Source of the DNA: Patescibacteria group bacterium
GTDB lineage: Bacteria; Patescibacteriota; Patescibacteriia; UBA1558; GWA2-36-10
Length of the DNA stretch: 64,000 nucleotides
Direction of reading: 5' to 3'
Assembly: GCA_041650755.1 (NCBI GenBank)
Contig: JBAZKN010000001.1
Span: 136,080-200,079 of the forward strand
How positions within the stretch are numbered: position 1 is the first letter of the stretch; the number at the start of each line of letters is the position of its first letter. Position numbers and translations under genes: made by a program. Shown in pieces: positions 18,858-26,407 of this stretch. The notes under the pieces were generated by a model that searched no databases, was not told the origin of the DNA, and was given only the letters and a program-made list of their open reading frames with translations.

Positions 18858-20312
18858 TTATAGACTTATAGGCTGATCAGCTTCATGTAAATTTAAAACT
18901 CTGTCAGAGACTACTTTTATATTGGCCCAGCTATAGCCAAGCTTTTTGAAAGTAGCCTCATCGGCAATGTGGCGACGCATACCGTTACTAATGACATAAA
19001 CCATGGGATTGGCCTTAGTCATGATTAAATTACCATCTTTCAACAAAATTGGTAAACCATTATTATATTTATCTAGGGCGGTTGGTGTAGCTACAGTAAT
19101 TTTCATATTAGGAAAGTTGATGCTAAGAATATTGGGATCGACTATCGGATATTTGATGTTATCCTTGATATAATATACGCCCTTAGATTTGCTATCTCTG
19201 ACCAGCTTCTCAAATGGATCGTGATTTTCTTTGGTCAAACTCGGACCATCACTGATTTCTGCCAAATCGGCAGCCGTGACTTCAATAATTTCATCTACGC
19301 TAAAGCCCAGCTGACGAAAGACCTCTTGGCTGGCAATCAGACGCTTTTGCAGACCATCTATCAAATAGCGCTGACCATCTGAACCCTGTAAAATAGAATA
19401 GTTTGGATATTTTATTACTGGGCCGGAAGTATATTTACTGATTTCACTAGCCTCGACAGACTGCACTTTCTTGATATCAAAACGCGATACCAGAGCAGTC
19501 AAACTATCAAACAGCCATCGTTTTTTATCATAAATTAAATAAATTGAATTCGTGTCATTGCCGTCTGCCGCCTTAACCAAAGAGCCGTCGGGTATTATGC
19601 CGCGGATTATAGAAGCCAGCGCACCGCCAAAGCTATATCGTTGCCAGATAGAGGAAAACAATTTATTACCGTGCAAGTGCGGAGTATAAACATACATGGC
19701 TGCTGTAATGCGATTGACTGGCACTACTGTCTGCCCATCAATAGTAGAAGCTATGCCTGGCTTATAGGGGCGTGATTCAATATTATCTATATAATCTCTA
19801 AATTGCAGAGCAGCCGCTCGAACCTGTTTGCCAAAACCCTGCCAAGCAGGATTGCAGGCCTGACCATCAAAACAATAATAACCCATGGCATAATCAAGTG
19901 CTCGCTGATCCAATTCAGACTTCTCTATCAACCCCTGTTCTTTTTGTAATGTAGTCAACAAAAACCTAGGATTAATCCTTGCCTCATAAGCAGCATTATA
20001 AATAATCTCAGCAGCCGTACGGGCTCTAGTGTATTGTAGCTTGATAGCGTCATCCGTGCTAATCGGCTCGCCGGGACCAGGATTGTAGCCGGAATATATA
20101 TAAACCTGCAAATAACTATTTTTGGACTGCAAAAAGCTTTGGATTTCAGCCATTGACATAGAGTCATAATCTTGCGCTTCTTCGTCGGACAATAAATTAT
20201 TGTAATCGACAGTGGTGGTGCTAGTATCAGTTTGCGCTAAAATTGGCTGCAAATTGAGGGCAAAAGGCAAGCAAAAGATAATGATGATTATTTTTATATA
20301 AAACTTAAACAT
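18858..20312 (-). CDS. Secreted protein: lysozyme-like N-terminal domain plus about four tandem beta-repeats
   Basis: Signal peptide; INPRFLLTTLQKEQGLI, YVYTPH; repeated GSLVK..IYLI..KR units. Confidence 0.6.
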   Translation of the reverse strand: MFKFYIKIIIIIFCLPFALNLQPILAQTDTSTTTVDYNNLLSDEEAQDYDSMSMAEIQSFLQSKNSYLQVYIYSGYNPGPGEPISTDDAIKLQYTRARTAAEIIYNAAYEARINPRFLLTTLQKEQGLIEKSELDQRALDYAMGYYCFDGQACNPAWQGFGKQVRAAALQFRDYIDNIESRPYKPGIASTIDGQTVVPVNRITAAMYVYTPHLHGNKLFSSIWQRYSFGGALASIIRGIIPDGSLVKAADGNDTNSIYLIYDKKRWLFDSLTALVSRFDIKKVQSVEASEISKYTSGPVIKYPNYSILQGSDGQRYLIDGLQKRLIASQEVFRQLGFSVDEIIEVTAADLAEISDGPSLTKENHDPFEKLVRDSKSKGVYYIKDNIKYPIVDPNILSINFPNMKITVATPTALDKYNNGLPILLKDGNLIMTKANPMVYVISNGMRRHIADEATFKKLGYSWANIKVVSDRVLNLHEADQPISL

Positions 20313-20375
20313 AAATATGTAAAAATATTTTTTAGTGCTTATATTATAGCAAAAACTGACAAAAAATGGAAAATT

Positions 20376-20384
20376 TTATCCACA
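20376..20384 (+). promoter_or_regulatory. Perfect DnaA-box sequence in divergent promoter region
   Basis: TTATCCACA. Confidence 0.45.
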
Positions 20385-20451
20385 TTCAAAAACAGCGACT
20401 AATTATTGATTTCTGGTTGCCTTATTGGCCTTTTTAAGATAAAATCAAGTC

Positions 20452-21003
20452 ATGGATAGACCCCGATTATTCATTGGTATCCCTATAGACAGGTCTTTAG
20501 CCAAAAAATTGATGGCTGATTTATCTGGGTTTGCTTTGCCCTGGCCAAAACTCAAGACCGTCCTACCAGAACAAATGCATTTGACCCTCAAATTCTTGGG
20601 GGAAACACCCTTAGAGCAACTACCCCAGATTATCTCTGTTTTAGATAATTTAAAAAACAAGACAGGACCCTTAGATTTAATCATAGACCGGGCTATCACC
20701 ATCAGTCCCCAGCACCCAAAAGTTATTGCCTTGAGTTTAGAAAAGAATCCTAGGCTAGAGAAATTACAGCAGAGGATTGAACAAACTCTATGGCAAGCGG
20801 GTTTAGCTGACAAGGAAATGCGCAAAGCTCTGCCCCACCTGACTCTGGCCAGAATAAAACAGGCGACCAGGATAGAGGAGCTCAAAATTTTAAACACTTG
20901 GCTAGTAAAAAAGCTAATTACCGTAAATTATTTTGAGCTGATAGAAAGTGTATTATTACCGCGTGGACCGCAATATACCACCCTGCAAACTTTTGACTTA
21001 TGA
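20452..21003 (+). CDS. thpR: RNA 2',3'-cyclic phosphodiesterase (2H family)
   Basis: RLFIGI, HLTLKFLGE, PHLTLAR. Confidence 0.9.
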   Translation: MDRPRLFIGIPIDRSLAKKLMADLSGFALPWPKLKTVLPEQMHLTLKFLGETPLEQLPQIISVLDNLKNKTGPLDLIIDRAITISPQHPKVIALSLEKNPRLEKLQQRIEQTLWQAGLADKEMRKALPHLTLARIKQATRIEELKILNTWLVKKLITVNYFELIESVLLPRGPQYTTLQTFDL

Positions 21004-21749
21004 TAAAGGAGTATCACATTTTAGGAATCAAAATACAAAGCATACCAGAACACCTGATCAAAGAATTATTGCGTTCTTTTTTAAATTCTGACCAGCAAAA
21101 TCAGATTGTCACCGTCAATCCTGAATTTGTCGTAGCCGCCCAGAAAAATAAAAAGTTTGCCAGCGTGATCAATGAAGCCAGTCTAGCCACAATCGATGGT
21201 ACCGGATTAGTCCAAGCCCTGCAAATATTGGGCTACAAAGTATCGCTAGATGATCGTCTGACTGGAGTAAAATTAATGGAAAAACTGCTGGAAATTGCCC
21301 AGCACGACCAGCTCAAAGTCCTATTTTGTTTATACCATCATGGCCTGACTTCGCATCATGCTTTGGCCGCCAAATTAAAAGATAAATATCCCAAACTGAA
21401 TTTTTATCTAGCCGATGAAAATAATTGCCTGACTATCACCGACGTCAAACAGCCGGATATTATATTTTCTACTCTGGGTGCGCCACGACAAGATGTCTGG
21501 CTGGCCGAAAATATCCACAAAATGCCCAGTGTCAAAATAGCTGTCGGCGTAGGCGGAGCAGTGGACTTTTTGTCCGGAGCCATCAGGCGAGCACCAAAAA
21601 TATTCCGCTCCTTGGGCCTAGAATGGTTATGGCGCTTGTTTCGCCAGCCTCGCAGGCTGCCCCGCATCTGGCGAGCAATCATTATTTTTTATGCTTTAGT
21701 TTTAAAATATAAATGGCAAAACAAAAATTATGCCCAAAGTAAGAACTAG
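21000..21749 (+). CDS. WecB/TagA/CpsF glycosyltransferase
   Basis: VTVNPE, DGTG, LGAPRQD, GVGG, GLEWLWRL. Confidence 0.92.
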   Translation: MIKEYHILGIKIQSIPEHLIKELLRSFLNSDQQNQIVTVNPEFVVAAQKNKKFASVINEASLATIDGTGLVQALQILGYKVSLDDRLTGVKLMEKLLEIAQHDQLKVLFCLYHHGLTSHHALAAKLKDKYPKLNFYLADENNCLTITDVKQPDIIFSTLGAPRQDVWLAENIHKMPSVKIAVGVGGAVDFLSGAIRRAPKIFRSLGLEWLWRLFRQPRRLPRIWRAIIIFYALVLKYKWQNKNYAQSKN

Positions 21750-23202
21750 ATTCGCGCCCAGTCCAACCGGCTCCCTACATATTGGCGGCTTACGCACCGC
21801 ATTATTTGACTATCTGCTGGCCAAAAAACACAGAGGTAATTTTATCTTGAGGATAGAGGACACAGATCAAACGCGAGAAATAAAAGGAGCCACAGAAGAG
21901 CTAATCAGCGTCCTAAATAAAGTTGGACTAAATCCCGACGAGGGAGTAGTACTTGATAAAAACCAAAAGCTTCACGATTTTGGCAAATGCGGCCCCTATA
22001 CCCAGTCCCAACGCTTAAGCCTTTATCGGACAGCTGCTGAAAAATTGGTGGAGCAGAATCAAGCCTATTATTGTTTTTGTTCTAACGAACGTCTGGCTAA
22101 ATTGCGCGAAGAACAGCAGGCCAAAAAACAAGTGCCAAAATATGACGGCCATTGTCGAAATTTAAGCAAAGACGAGGCTCTGAAAAAAATAAAAAATGGC
22201 CAGGCGGCTGTTGTCAGATTTAAGATACCTGAATATACTCTGGTTGAAGCTACCGACCTGGTTTATGGAGATATCAAAGTCAAGTCGGAAGATTTGGATG
22301 ATTTTGTGATTTTAAAATCTGACGGCTTTCCTACTTATCATCTAGCCCATGTGGTGGATGATTCGGCTATGAAAATATCTCACGTGATCAGAGGCGAGGA
22401 ATGGCTGCCTTCGCTCCCGAAACATGTTTTACTATTCCAAGCCTTGGGCTATGACTTGCCTATCTTTGTGCATCTGCCCCTAATACTCAATCCTGACAAA
22501 TCAAAATTATCCAAGCGCCAAGGCGACGTGGCCGCCGAAGATTTTCTAGCCAAAGGATATTTGCCTGAAGCACTGCTAAACTATATTGCGCTTCTTGGCT
22601 GGAATCCTGGCACTGACCAAGAAATATTTTCCCTGGATCAATTGATTAAAAGTTTCTCTTTGGAAAAAATAAATAAATCTGGAGCAATTTTTGACAGCCA
22701 AAAATTACAATGGCTAAACGCCCATTATATAAAAAATATAATTGCGGCAAATAAAAAACGTTATCGCGATTTAATAGAGGAGACTAAAAAGTTTTTACCT
22801 GGACATGAAGACAAAGCAGAGGACATGCTTAAGCTTTTCGGTGGCCGACTAAACTATCTGGCCGAAATCAAAGATTTAAGCGGTTTTATTTTTGCTTTGC
22901 CAGACTACCCAAAGGGTCTGTTGATTTTCAAAAAGAGCGACCGAACAAAAACCAAACAAGGTCTAGAATCTGCCAAAAAACTGCTAGAAGGCCTAAAAGA
23001 CAAGGATTGGACTATTGCCGGCCTTAATAAGGCCTTGGAGAACCTCGTTAAAGCCCAAAATCTGGCTCCTGGCGATGTTTTCTGGCCTATTAGGGTATCT
23101 CTTTCCGGCCTGGAAAAAAGCCCTTCTCCGGCTGAAATATTGGCAGTTCTTGGAAAAGAGGAGAGTTTGAAAAGGATTGAACAAGGTTTAACAAAATTAT
23201 AA
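21730..23202 (+). CDS. gltX: Glutamate--tRNA ligase
   Basis: RFAPSPTGSLHIGG, KLSKR. Confidence 0.98.
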   Translation: MPKVRTRFAPSPTGSLHIGGLRTALFDYLLAKKHRGNFILRIEDTDQTREIKGATEELISVLNKVGLNPDEGVVLDKNQKLHDFGKCGPYTQSQRLSLYRTAAEKLVEQNQAYYCFCSNERLAKLREEQQAKKQVPKYDGHCRNLSKDEALKKIKNGQAAVVRFKIPEYTLVEATDLVYGDIKVKSEDLDDFVILKSDGFPTYHLAHVVDDSAMKISHVIRGEEWLPSLPKHVLLFQALGYDLPIFVHLPLILNPDKSKLSKRQGDVAAEDFLAKGYLPEALLNYIALLGWNPGTDQEIFSLDQLIKSFSLEKINKSGAIFDSQKLQWLNAHYIKNIIAANKKRYRDLIEETKKFLPGHEDKAEDMLKLFGGRLNYLAEIKDLSGFIFALPDYPKGLLIFKKSDRTKTKQGLESAKKLLEGLKDKDWTIAGLNKALENLVKAQNLAPGDVFWPIRVSLSGLEKSPSPAEILAVLGKEESLKRIEQGLTKL

Positions 23203-23272
23203 ATTAATTTGCAAAAAAAGTTTAAATATGCTATAATTATACATTAAGCAAATCTATCTATGCTTGTCAATC

Positions 23273-24532
23273 ATGCTTGTCCAAAAACCAAAACAAAATA
23301 GAATAAAATATCTTATCATAAGCTCATTTGTTTTGGGCTTTGTTTTTTTTGTCGGGCATGCCCTAGCCGTAGAGTACACTCTGGATAATCTAGACAATGT
23401 GGAAACCTGGCGTATCAATCAAGATATAAACGATAAGCGCTCTCAAATTCAGGATCTGAATAAACAAGTGGAAATCTACCAAAAAAATATTCAGGCCAAA
23501 CAAAAAGAAATATCCAATCTATCCAGCCAGCTTAGCATTCTTAATAATAATATAGCTAAGATAAACTTAGAAATAAAAACTGCTGAATTAGAGATAGAGA
23601 CCACCAACTTAAAAATAGAAAATGTTCAGCTAAAAATTCAGGCTAAAGAAAGGGAAATATCTGATCAAAAAGAAACGGTAGCTGAAATCCTGCGCACCTT
23701 ACACCGACAACAGCAGCAGAGCAGCGTGATTGAGGTGCTCTTGCTCAACGACAACTTCAGCGGCTTTATGGCCGAGCTCGATAATCTGGAAAAAATACAA
23801 AGTTCGGTAGTCAATCAAGTCAATGACCTAAAAAATATCAAATTGGCCATGACCCAGGATCAGGCGTCTTTGGAGGACAATAAAGATGAGCTGGCTGCTT
23901 TACAAAATATTTTAGAAAATAAAAAAGGCTCTTTAAGCGAGCAAAAAACCGCCAAGGCTTCTATCATCAAGGTGACGCAAGGGCAGGAAAGCAAATTTCA
24001 AACCATGCTTGAACAGGCTAAAAAAGAGCAGGAACAAATTAATAGCGACATTATCTATTTGGAAAAAATTGCTCGCGAAAAACTCAATCGTCAATTACAG
24101 CAAAATCAAGCTGCCGAATCTACCCCGGGCCTGATGTGGCCGGTCAGCTCTCGAGTGATCACTGCCTATTTTCATGATCCCGATTATCCCTATCGTTATA
24201 TTTTTGAACATCCGGCTATTGATATCGCCACTGCCCAGGGCACGGCTGTCAAAGCAGCTGAAACCGGCTATGTAGCCAAAGTCAAAAATGGAGGCAAAAC
24301 TGGCTATAGCTATATCATGATAGTCCATGCCAACAATCTATCCACTGTCTATGGCCATGTCAACCAAATAAATATCAGCGAAGGCCAATTTGTCAGTAAA
24401 GGACAGGTGATTGCTTATTCGGGCGGTATGCCGGGTACTAGTGGCGCCGGGCCATTTTCTACTGGACCGCATCTGCACTTAGAGATTCGCTTAAACGGCC
24501 TGCCAGTCAATCCACTAAACTATTTGCCCTAA
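23273..24532 (+). CDS. Coiled-coil M23 peptidase (EnvC/CwlO-like)
   Basis: Signal/TM, long coiled coil, HPAID, YGH, TGPHLHLE. Confidence 0.9.
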   Translation: MLVQKPKQNRIKYLIISSFVLGFVFFVGHALAVEYTLDNLDNVETWRINQDINDKRSQIQDLNKQVEIYQKNIQAKQKEISNLSSQLSILNNNIAKINLEIKTAELEIETTNLKIENVQLKIQAKEREISDQKETVAEILRTLHRQQQQSSVIEVLLLNDNFSGFMAELDNLEKIQSSVVNQVNDLKNIKLAMTQDQASLEDNKDELAALQNILENKKGSLSEQKTAKASIIKVTQGQESKFQTMLEQAKKEQEQINSDIIYLEKIAREKLNRQLQQNQAAESTPGLMWPVSSRVITAYFHDPDYPYRYIFEHPAIDIATAQGTAVKAAETGYVAKVKNGGKTGYSYIMIVHANNLSTVYGHVNQINISEGQFVSKGQVIAYSGGMPGTSGAGPFSTGPHLHLEIRLNGLPVNPLNYLP

Positions 24533-24553
24533 TTACCCCAAAAAGTTTATTTT

Positions 24554-24581
24554 TCCCTCTCGATTATTGAGAGGGATTTTT
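24554..24581 (+). terminator. Intrinsic terminator of the M23 gene
   Basis: TCCCTCTCGA-TTA-TTGAGAGGGA followed by TTTTT. Confidence 0.75.
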
Positions 24582-24586
24582 GTAAC

Positions 24587-24857
24587 AAAAAAACGGAGGG
24601 TGCCGTCTAAAGGCCGAAACCTTCACGTACACCCCCCTTAGAGCTTGCTCACACGGACCGATCCCGGCCACAACGTGCCTTGTAGGCATTCGTGCTGCTG
24701 AAACAGCGAGAGGCGTGCCAGCCACTAGGTGGGGGCTTCCCCTGTGTTTCACGACAGCTTGCGTGAACTGGGATCTTCTCCGTGACCCTCCGTGGAGAGC
24801 AGGCAAGCTCTGGAACAATTGGATGAGCTGGGTTTTGGGGCAAATCCAGACCATCAC
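24587..24857 (-). ncRNA. Putative structured ncRNA 1 (~270 nt), family not recognised
   Basis: GC-rich island bounded by promoter (24864-24892) and UUCG-capped terminator plus U7; nested stems AGAGCUUGC/GCAAGCUCU, CACGGA/UCCGUG, GAUCCC/GGGAUC; G-U pairs favour minus strand. Confidence 0.7.
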
Positions 24858-24863
24858 AAAAAT

Positions 24864-24892
24864 AGCCTATCATATATGATATATTTTGTCAA
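24864..24892 (-). promoter_or_regulatory. Sigma70 promoter of ncRNA 1
   Basis: TTGACA-17-TAGGCT with extended TG; contains palindrome TATCATATATGATA (24868-24881). Confidence 0.7.
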
Positions 24893-24917
24893 CACCTTTT
24901 TGTTTTATTATATTAAA

Positions 24918-24949
24918 ATAAAAATTGGCTAATATTAGCCAATTTTTAT
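24918..24949. repeat. Perfect 32 bp palindrome
   Basis: ATAAAAATTGGCTAATATTAGCCAATTTTTAT. Confidence 0.85.
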
Positions 24950-25007
24950 ATATAACATCTGCAAGGTGGCCACAACCTCGCAGGTGCCCTAATTTTTAAA
25001 CAAAAAG

Positions 25008-25237
25008 AAAAAAGGCTCGGGGTAGGACGGGGTCCAACCCACGAGCCCGGATGGTCGCCTCGACGGAGCCAGGCTTCATGGCCCTACGGCCTCGAATGCG
25101 CCTGAACGGCGCTGGTCATCGAGCATCCAACGGGGATGCGGCCCGAGAGTCGTTCTCATCGGGATCTTGGCTCCAAGTAGGCGCCACCCTCGCCGGGACA
25201 GGGACGTGATACAGGAGCACCAGTCTAGGCCAGGCAA
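25008..25237 (-). ncRNA. Putative structured ncRNA 2 (~230 nt), family not recognised
   Basis: GC-rich island with promoter (25243-25270) and terminator GGCUCG..CGAGCC plus U6; stems GGGUGG/CCAUCC, CGCCU/AGGCG, GGAGCCA/UGGCUCC enclose four hairpins. Confidence 0.7.
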
Positions 25238-25242
25238 TAGGT

Positions 25243-25270
25243 ATAATATCATATATAAAAAAATTGTCAA
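25243..25270 (-). promoter_or_regulatory. Sigma70 promoter of ncRNA 2
   Basis: TTGACA-16-TATTAT with extended TG; DnaA-box sequence TGTGGATAA at 25286-25294 upstream. Confidence 0.65.
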
Positions 25271-25327
25271 TACTAAAAAACAGCCTGTGGATAAAGGCAA
25301 AAAAATATTTTTTAAAAATAATATGTT

Positions 25328-26284
25328 TTATTGTCTCAAAGGATGAAATTTGGTATGAATTTTTTCAGCATACTTATCAGAGGCATGCACATAGCGAGTA
25401 GTGGTGTCTAGCGACTCATGCCCCAAAAGTATTTGGATAGCAGCCGGATTAGCGCCATTTTCTGCCAAATAAGTCGCAAAGCCATGGCGCAGTGAGTGAG
25501 CGGAAATAGGTATATTGATGCCCAAGAGCTCGCGATAGCGCTTTATCTTGTATTGTAAATAATTAGGCGAGATCCTTTTGGCGCGCTCTGGATTATTACG
25601 ACCGCGATAAGGCACAAACATAAAGGGCGAATTGTCTGTCCGAGTATTGAGATAATTGTGCAAATATTTGATCGAGCGAGGAGTCAGATAAACAAAGCGT
25701 TGTTTTTTTCCCTTACCCATGATATAGATGCGGCCCGAAGCATCTAGCTGTTCTCGGCGCAAGGATAATAATTCGGAAATACGCATGCCAGTAGCAAACA
25801 AGGTCTCAAGCATGGCCCGATTGCGCAACTTGATGTTCTTATCAGTTTCAAATTTTTCTGGTGCTTCGATAATTCTGATGAGCTCGTTCATTTCTGGCAC
25901 TTGGCCGTGTTTTTTTTCGGTCTTTAGGAGCTTGACGGCATCGGCCGAGATCGGTGTTTTATAATCCATGTCCAATAAAAATTTCAAATAGGAACGCAGA
26001 GCGGATAATATTCGATTGATACTAAAACTGGATAATTTCTTACCACCCAAGACTTTGGCGGCTGTCTTACGCGAAGTAGAGGAGAGATAGGCCTTAAACT
26101 TGATTAAAGACCTTTTATCAAGATTTTTGAAATCCGTCTTAATATCTTCGTTCAAAAAATCTTCAAAAGTTTTCAAGTCCCGTTCATAATTATAAACCGT
26201 CTCTAAAGAGTAGTTATTGGATTGAATATTTTCCAAATATTCATCCAAGAGGGGGAGATAGTGCTTGAGTTTGCTTTTTGCCAT
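25328..26284 (-). CDS. Tyrosine recombinase, XerC/XerD-like
   Basis: N-terminal SAM-like domain; catalytic R (GMRISE), K (GKGKK), HSLRH, LGH, Y (TTRY) intact. Confidence 0.95.
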   Translation of the reverse strand: MAKSKLKHYLPLLDEYLENIQSNNYSLETVYNYERDLKTFEDFLNEDIKTDFKNLDKRSLIKFKAYLSSTSRKTAAKVLGGKKLSSFSINRILSALRSYLKFLLDMDYKTPISADAVKLLKTEKKHGQVPEMNELIRIIEAPEKFETDKNIKLRNRAMLETLFATGMRISELLSLRREQLDASGRIYIMGKGKKQRFVYLTPRSIKYLHNYLNTRTDNSPFMFVPYRGRNNPERAKRISPNYLQYKIKRYRELLGINIPISAHSLRHGFATYLAENGANPAAIQILLGHESLDTTTRYVHASDKYAEKIHTKFHPLRQ

Positions 26285-26290
26285 AAATAC

Positions 26291-26319
26291 ATTATACCTT
26301 GGGGATTTGGCCTTGTCAA
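26291..26319 (-). promoter_or_regulatory. Consensus sigma70 promoter of recombinase, leaderless
   Basis: TTGACA-17-TATAAT, 6 nt before ATG. Confidence 0.8.
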
Positions 26320-26347
26320 ATTGAGTGTAAGAGATATTATACTCAAT
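26320..26347. promoter_or_regulatory. dif-like tyrosine-recombinase site (11-6-11)
   Basis: ATTGAGTGTAA-GAGATA-TTATACTCAAT; inverted arms with one mismatch and inner TAA/TTA as in dif. Confidence 0.7.
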
Positions 26348-26407
26348 TCAATACATACGTAAATAAGAGCTTGCTTGGCCCGCACATACTGCCCTCTACC
26401 GATTTTA

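Noticed and set aside
25180-25191. T-box-like AGGGUGGCGCC in ncRNA 2
   Set aside because: Lies in the 5' part rather than next to the terminator, pairs in the closing stem, and no regulated gene follows
24587-25237. Identification of the two RNAs as tmRNA, RNase P, SRP, 6S or tRNA
   Set aside because: No tRNA-like ends or T-loop, no GAGGAAAGUCC, no SRP GGAA domain IV, and branched cores rather than a 6S rod with central bubble. A divergent 6S can only be excluded by an Rfam scan.
24564-25300. ORFs 24564..24857, 24649..24873 and 25076..25300 as protein genes
   Set aside because: Atypical GC-rich composition, no recognisable motifs, and they cross promoter or terminator elements. Caveat: the GTG at 24857 coincides with the predicted transcription start, so a leaderless peptide is not fully excluded.
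25328-26284. Recombinase as prophage or integron integrase
   Set aside because: Flanked by housekeeping genes; no phage genes, att duplication, IntI-specific insertion or attC array seen
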